Source of the DNA: Vitrella brassicaformis CCMP3155
Lineage: Eukaryota; Protista; Chromerida
Assembly (NCBI GenBank): GCA_001179505.1
Contig: CDMY01000319.1
Location: 59,143 to 123,142 of the forward strand
Reading direction: 5' to 3'
Length of the DNA stretch: 64,000 nucleotides
Positions 60,810 to 64,000 of the stretch are shown piece by piece (the first letter of the stretch is position 1; every line of letters starts with the position of its first letter). The notes beneath the pieces are model-generated. The model was not told the origin of the DNA and ran no database searches. It was given only the letters and a program-made list of their open reading frames with translations. Position numbers and translations under genes: made by a program.

Positions 60810-63573
60810 TCAGTGGTCCCCTCGTCCACACTCGTGCGCGCACTGATCTCCTTGCGCGTGGCCTGCTCGAGGGCGGCCAGGAAGTCAGCCACACCCACCA
60901 CCTCACCCTACACGTATGTGCCACACACACCACAGAACACATCCATGGCCACGGATGGGTGTGGTGTGATGGGTGGGTGGGTGCAAGCAGACAATAAGAC
61001 AGCACAGCACAACACAACACAACCCGCCAGAGTCTATATGTCTCCTGATTGATTTACCTGAATGATGAATGCCTGGAATGGCAGTTTGCGGAGTGCACGG
61101 CCGCTGAAGTCCTCACACAGAGATGCGATGTAGGCCAACCACCGCCCCCACCTACATGCGGTCGGTACACATGCACATATTCATCGACTTTGAGCACCAT
61201 GTATGCAGGTAGGTGCCAAGTATTCAGTGTGGTCACGTGCGGTGCGTACGTCTCCGGCGAGTTGAAGTCGCGCCATTCGTTGGCTGAGCGGAAGGACTGC
61301 TGATACTGCTGCTGCTGCTGAGTGCCGTGCACATCCATCGGGGCGGCCTGCATTCATGACGGGACAGCAGGGAGGGAGGGAGGGGAAGGGGCGACGCACA
61401 CACCACACACACACACACGCACAGACATTACGCACAAATGTAGGCATCATGGTGCACCCACCCACCTCGCTCTCGAGGAAGGAATGCGAGAAGCGTGGCA
61501 CGCTCCTGCTGCCAACCAACACACCTTTACTCACCTAACAAAGAAACGGACTCAGCCAATACTGAGACACACGGTGTCTTGGGGGTTGGCTATGGCTGTC
61601 TGCCATCCATTATGTACCAACCAGTTCGTGCACGGCGGATCTGATGATTTCGTATCTGCAGTTGAGCGAAGGGTTGGGTACGTAGGCCTTGAAGTCAGCA
61701 CGGTCGACAAACGCCAAATCTATCGCACCTGCAGGCATCAAACAAACAACCGACCAACCAGCAAACAAACAAACAGACGAACAAACATCCACCTGTATGT
61801 ATGCCTGTCTGAATGTGTGTGTGTACGGCCTGGCCTGTAGGCTCCGCCCTACCGGTGATGTTGGATGTGGTGAGCACCAGGGTGTTGGTGTAGTGCTTGA
61901 GGCTGTCTATCTGAGTCAGCAACGCTGCGTCGGGTTGAGTCGGGACATGAGAAAACACATAGACAGACAGACAGACAGACAGGCGTCAAAGCGATGCTGT
62001 GTATATATGCTGTATGTATACATGGCTCTCTGTCTCTCTCCGCGGTGTGTCAGTCCGCCCTTCGTACCGTTGACCACCCGAATGGCGTCAGAGGGCTCGT
62101 TGCCGCCCGACCGACGCGCCGCCGTCAGAGACTCCACCTCGTCTATCAGCCTGGGACACAGACACAGCCACGCAGCCACACATTCATAGAAACACAGAGA
62201 GAGACCTGTGTACGGGTGGGGTATGTTGTGCTGAGCTTCTTTCTTGGCTGCTTGGCTTACACGCACACAAACGAGTCAGGGTCGGAGACGAGGCTGCGGA
62301 TGCGGGTGAACAGCTTCGTCACCAGCTTGCCGCTCTCCGAGAACCATCGTGAGAAGAGGGAGTGCGAGTTGATCTCGATGAGCTGCGAGTCGCTGTACCG
62401 GTGCTGCAGACGGACAGACAGCTTCTGCACCACACACCACAAGAGACATACGGCGAAAGTGATCGAGTAGGCAATCCACACAGGAAAAATGAAGAAAGAA
62501 TAGGAATCGCGCAAACCTGAGCCAGCGCCTTGCCTGAAGACCATGCACACATGCACCGCACAATGGGCAGCTCCTGATGCAACTAGCGTTTCAGGTGGCT
62601 ATCTGTCTGAGTCTGCATGGCCATACATGACTTACACAGCGACGTTTTGCCGGTGCCAGGAGGCTGAACAGCATGACACAACACCAACGTGGGTAAGGCA
62701 TGGCATGGCATGACGTGGGGGAGTGAAGGAGTGAGTGCTGTGCGTGTGTACCCCGTGCAGCAGCAGGACGCGGTTGAATGAGACCACCTGTGGGTCGACG
62801 CCCTTGTCGGAGAAGAGCAGGGCGGCGTTCGCGTAGCTGAGCAGATCCTGCTTCAAAATCCCCTCATACATCTACAGCACACACACACCACAGCCAATCG
62901 AAGGAACGTATCATGTCTGGCGTGTGTCATTCATGTCTTATGTACATACTCACCAGCGCCTCCCACAGCCCGAGATAGTCGCGGTGGGGCATCGTCCACT
63001 GCTGGCAGGCGGGCATGTTCGACTCGCCGGCCTCTGCACCGTCGACGGCGACCATCTCCTGGCCCACATCCGCATCGCTCAACACATACACAATCAGCTC
63101 CCAGTGACACTGCCAGCCAGAGGACACACACAAAGACGATATGCATGCCATGCCATCAGCCGCGCACGGAATGCACTCATTGCAATGAGTCCTCTCTCTT
63201 TTTGCACCCACCCACCCACCTCGAAGAGGTAGAGTTTCTGCCCCGCCTGTGGTGGGTCGGGCTGCCCGGGTGCGTCCTCGATGACAATGTGTTTGACCTT
63301 GCAACTCCTGGCCGTGGCATCCGAGATGCGCTCCACAGGCACCGTGCCGTAGCGCAGGGCCGTCATGGCACCATCCAATTGGCGGAACGCGTCGAGGAGC
63401 TGCTGAAACCAACGCATCACAGGCAACGGGCATTCGAGTACTGCGTCGGCAGGCCTGGCCATGGGTGGAACGCTCACCCTATCTTGGATCTTGGGAAGGA
63501 TGTGCCCCACCTCCGAGGACACACCCACCTCAATGAGCGCACGGCGCTTCGAACCACTGCTGAGGCCTTCCAT
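60810..63573 (-). CDS. PCH2: Pachytene checkpoint AAA+ ATPase PCH2/TRIP13
   Basis: [23 protein letters not shown]|PPGTGKTSL|CKALAQ|[65 protein letters not shown]|[11 protein letters not shown]. Stop TGA at 60810-60812. Confidence 0.93.
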
Positions 63574-63599
63574 CGTGGCCAGCCGAGGGTTCCTGACGG

Positions 63600-63621
63600 A
63601 ACCCTAAACCCTAAACCCTAA
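63600..63621 (+). repeat. Telomere-like (AACCCTA)x3 tract (TTTAGGG-type, telo-box-like) just upstream of PCH2
   Basis: AACCCTAAACCCTAAACCCTAA is read directly about 27 bp upstream of the PCH2 ATG, next to a GAA-rich tract. Confidence 0.7.
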
Positions 63622-64000
63622 GAAGAGAAGAAGAAAAACACGAAGGAGAGGCATCCATCTCCATCGCAGTTTGTCTGTCAAGGTCACGGCGTGGTGTTGG
63701 GGCGATGGACGGGGCTGGGGTGTTCTCATCGGATGAGTGAGCGTGCCCTTTGTGCATAGGCATATGTGGATAGATTCATGGAGGCGATCTGAACAAGCGA
63801 GTGCATGGATGCCATCTGTCAATTATCTCTTCCCTCGTCTGTCAAGGTCACCCACATCAAAAGAAATCATTGCACGCCGATTTCACGCTAATTGCCATCA
63901 GCTCTTTCTTGACAAACAACAACAGCTGACGAAATGGCTGCATCTCTCAAGCAACGCGGTCACGGCACGGCGGCCGACACGTGTTAGTAAGCAGTGAGAG

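Overview
Gene-dense, intron-rich eukaryotic DNA. The short GT-AG introns are packed with (GT)n, (GTCT)n, (GCCT)n and (GGAT)n microsatellites. Style and gene families point to a chromerid alveolate such as Vitrella brassicaformis (inference, not verified). No prokaryotic features, tRNA/rRNA genes, CRISPR arrays or transposases were recognised. About 21 protein-coding genes were reconstructed by manual splicing, many in tight head-to-head pairs. Recognisable genes: the 3' end of a PIWI-clade Argonaute, calmodulin, an intronless ankyrin-like gene, a GH13 alpha-amylase, a mitochondrial short/branched-chain acyl-CoA dehydrogenase, a SERF/ZNF706-like zinc finger, NBP35, a PRRC2/BAT2-like disordered protein of about 2200 aa, a BTB+TLDc protein, a PH-like protein, an omega-like GST, holocytochrome c synthase, DDX19/Dbp5 and PCH2/TRIP13. 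The most striking observation is a catalytically intact Taka-type alpha-amylase fused in one spliced frame to four tandem trefoil (P-type) domains, with a probable N-terminal signal anchor. Also notable are a PIWI protein with substituted slicer residues, an NBP35 that lacks the C-terminal CxxC motif but has an N-terminal hydrophobic anchor, and an orphan protein built on a repeated 'MR..M.F.PGSLKA' motif. There is a 300-N assembly gap at 49087-49386. Exon boundaries are manual, and several gene termini are approximate.
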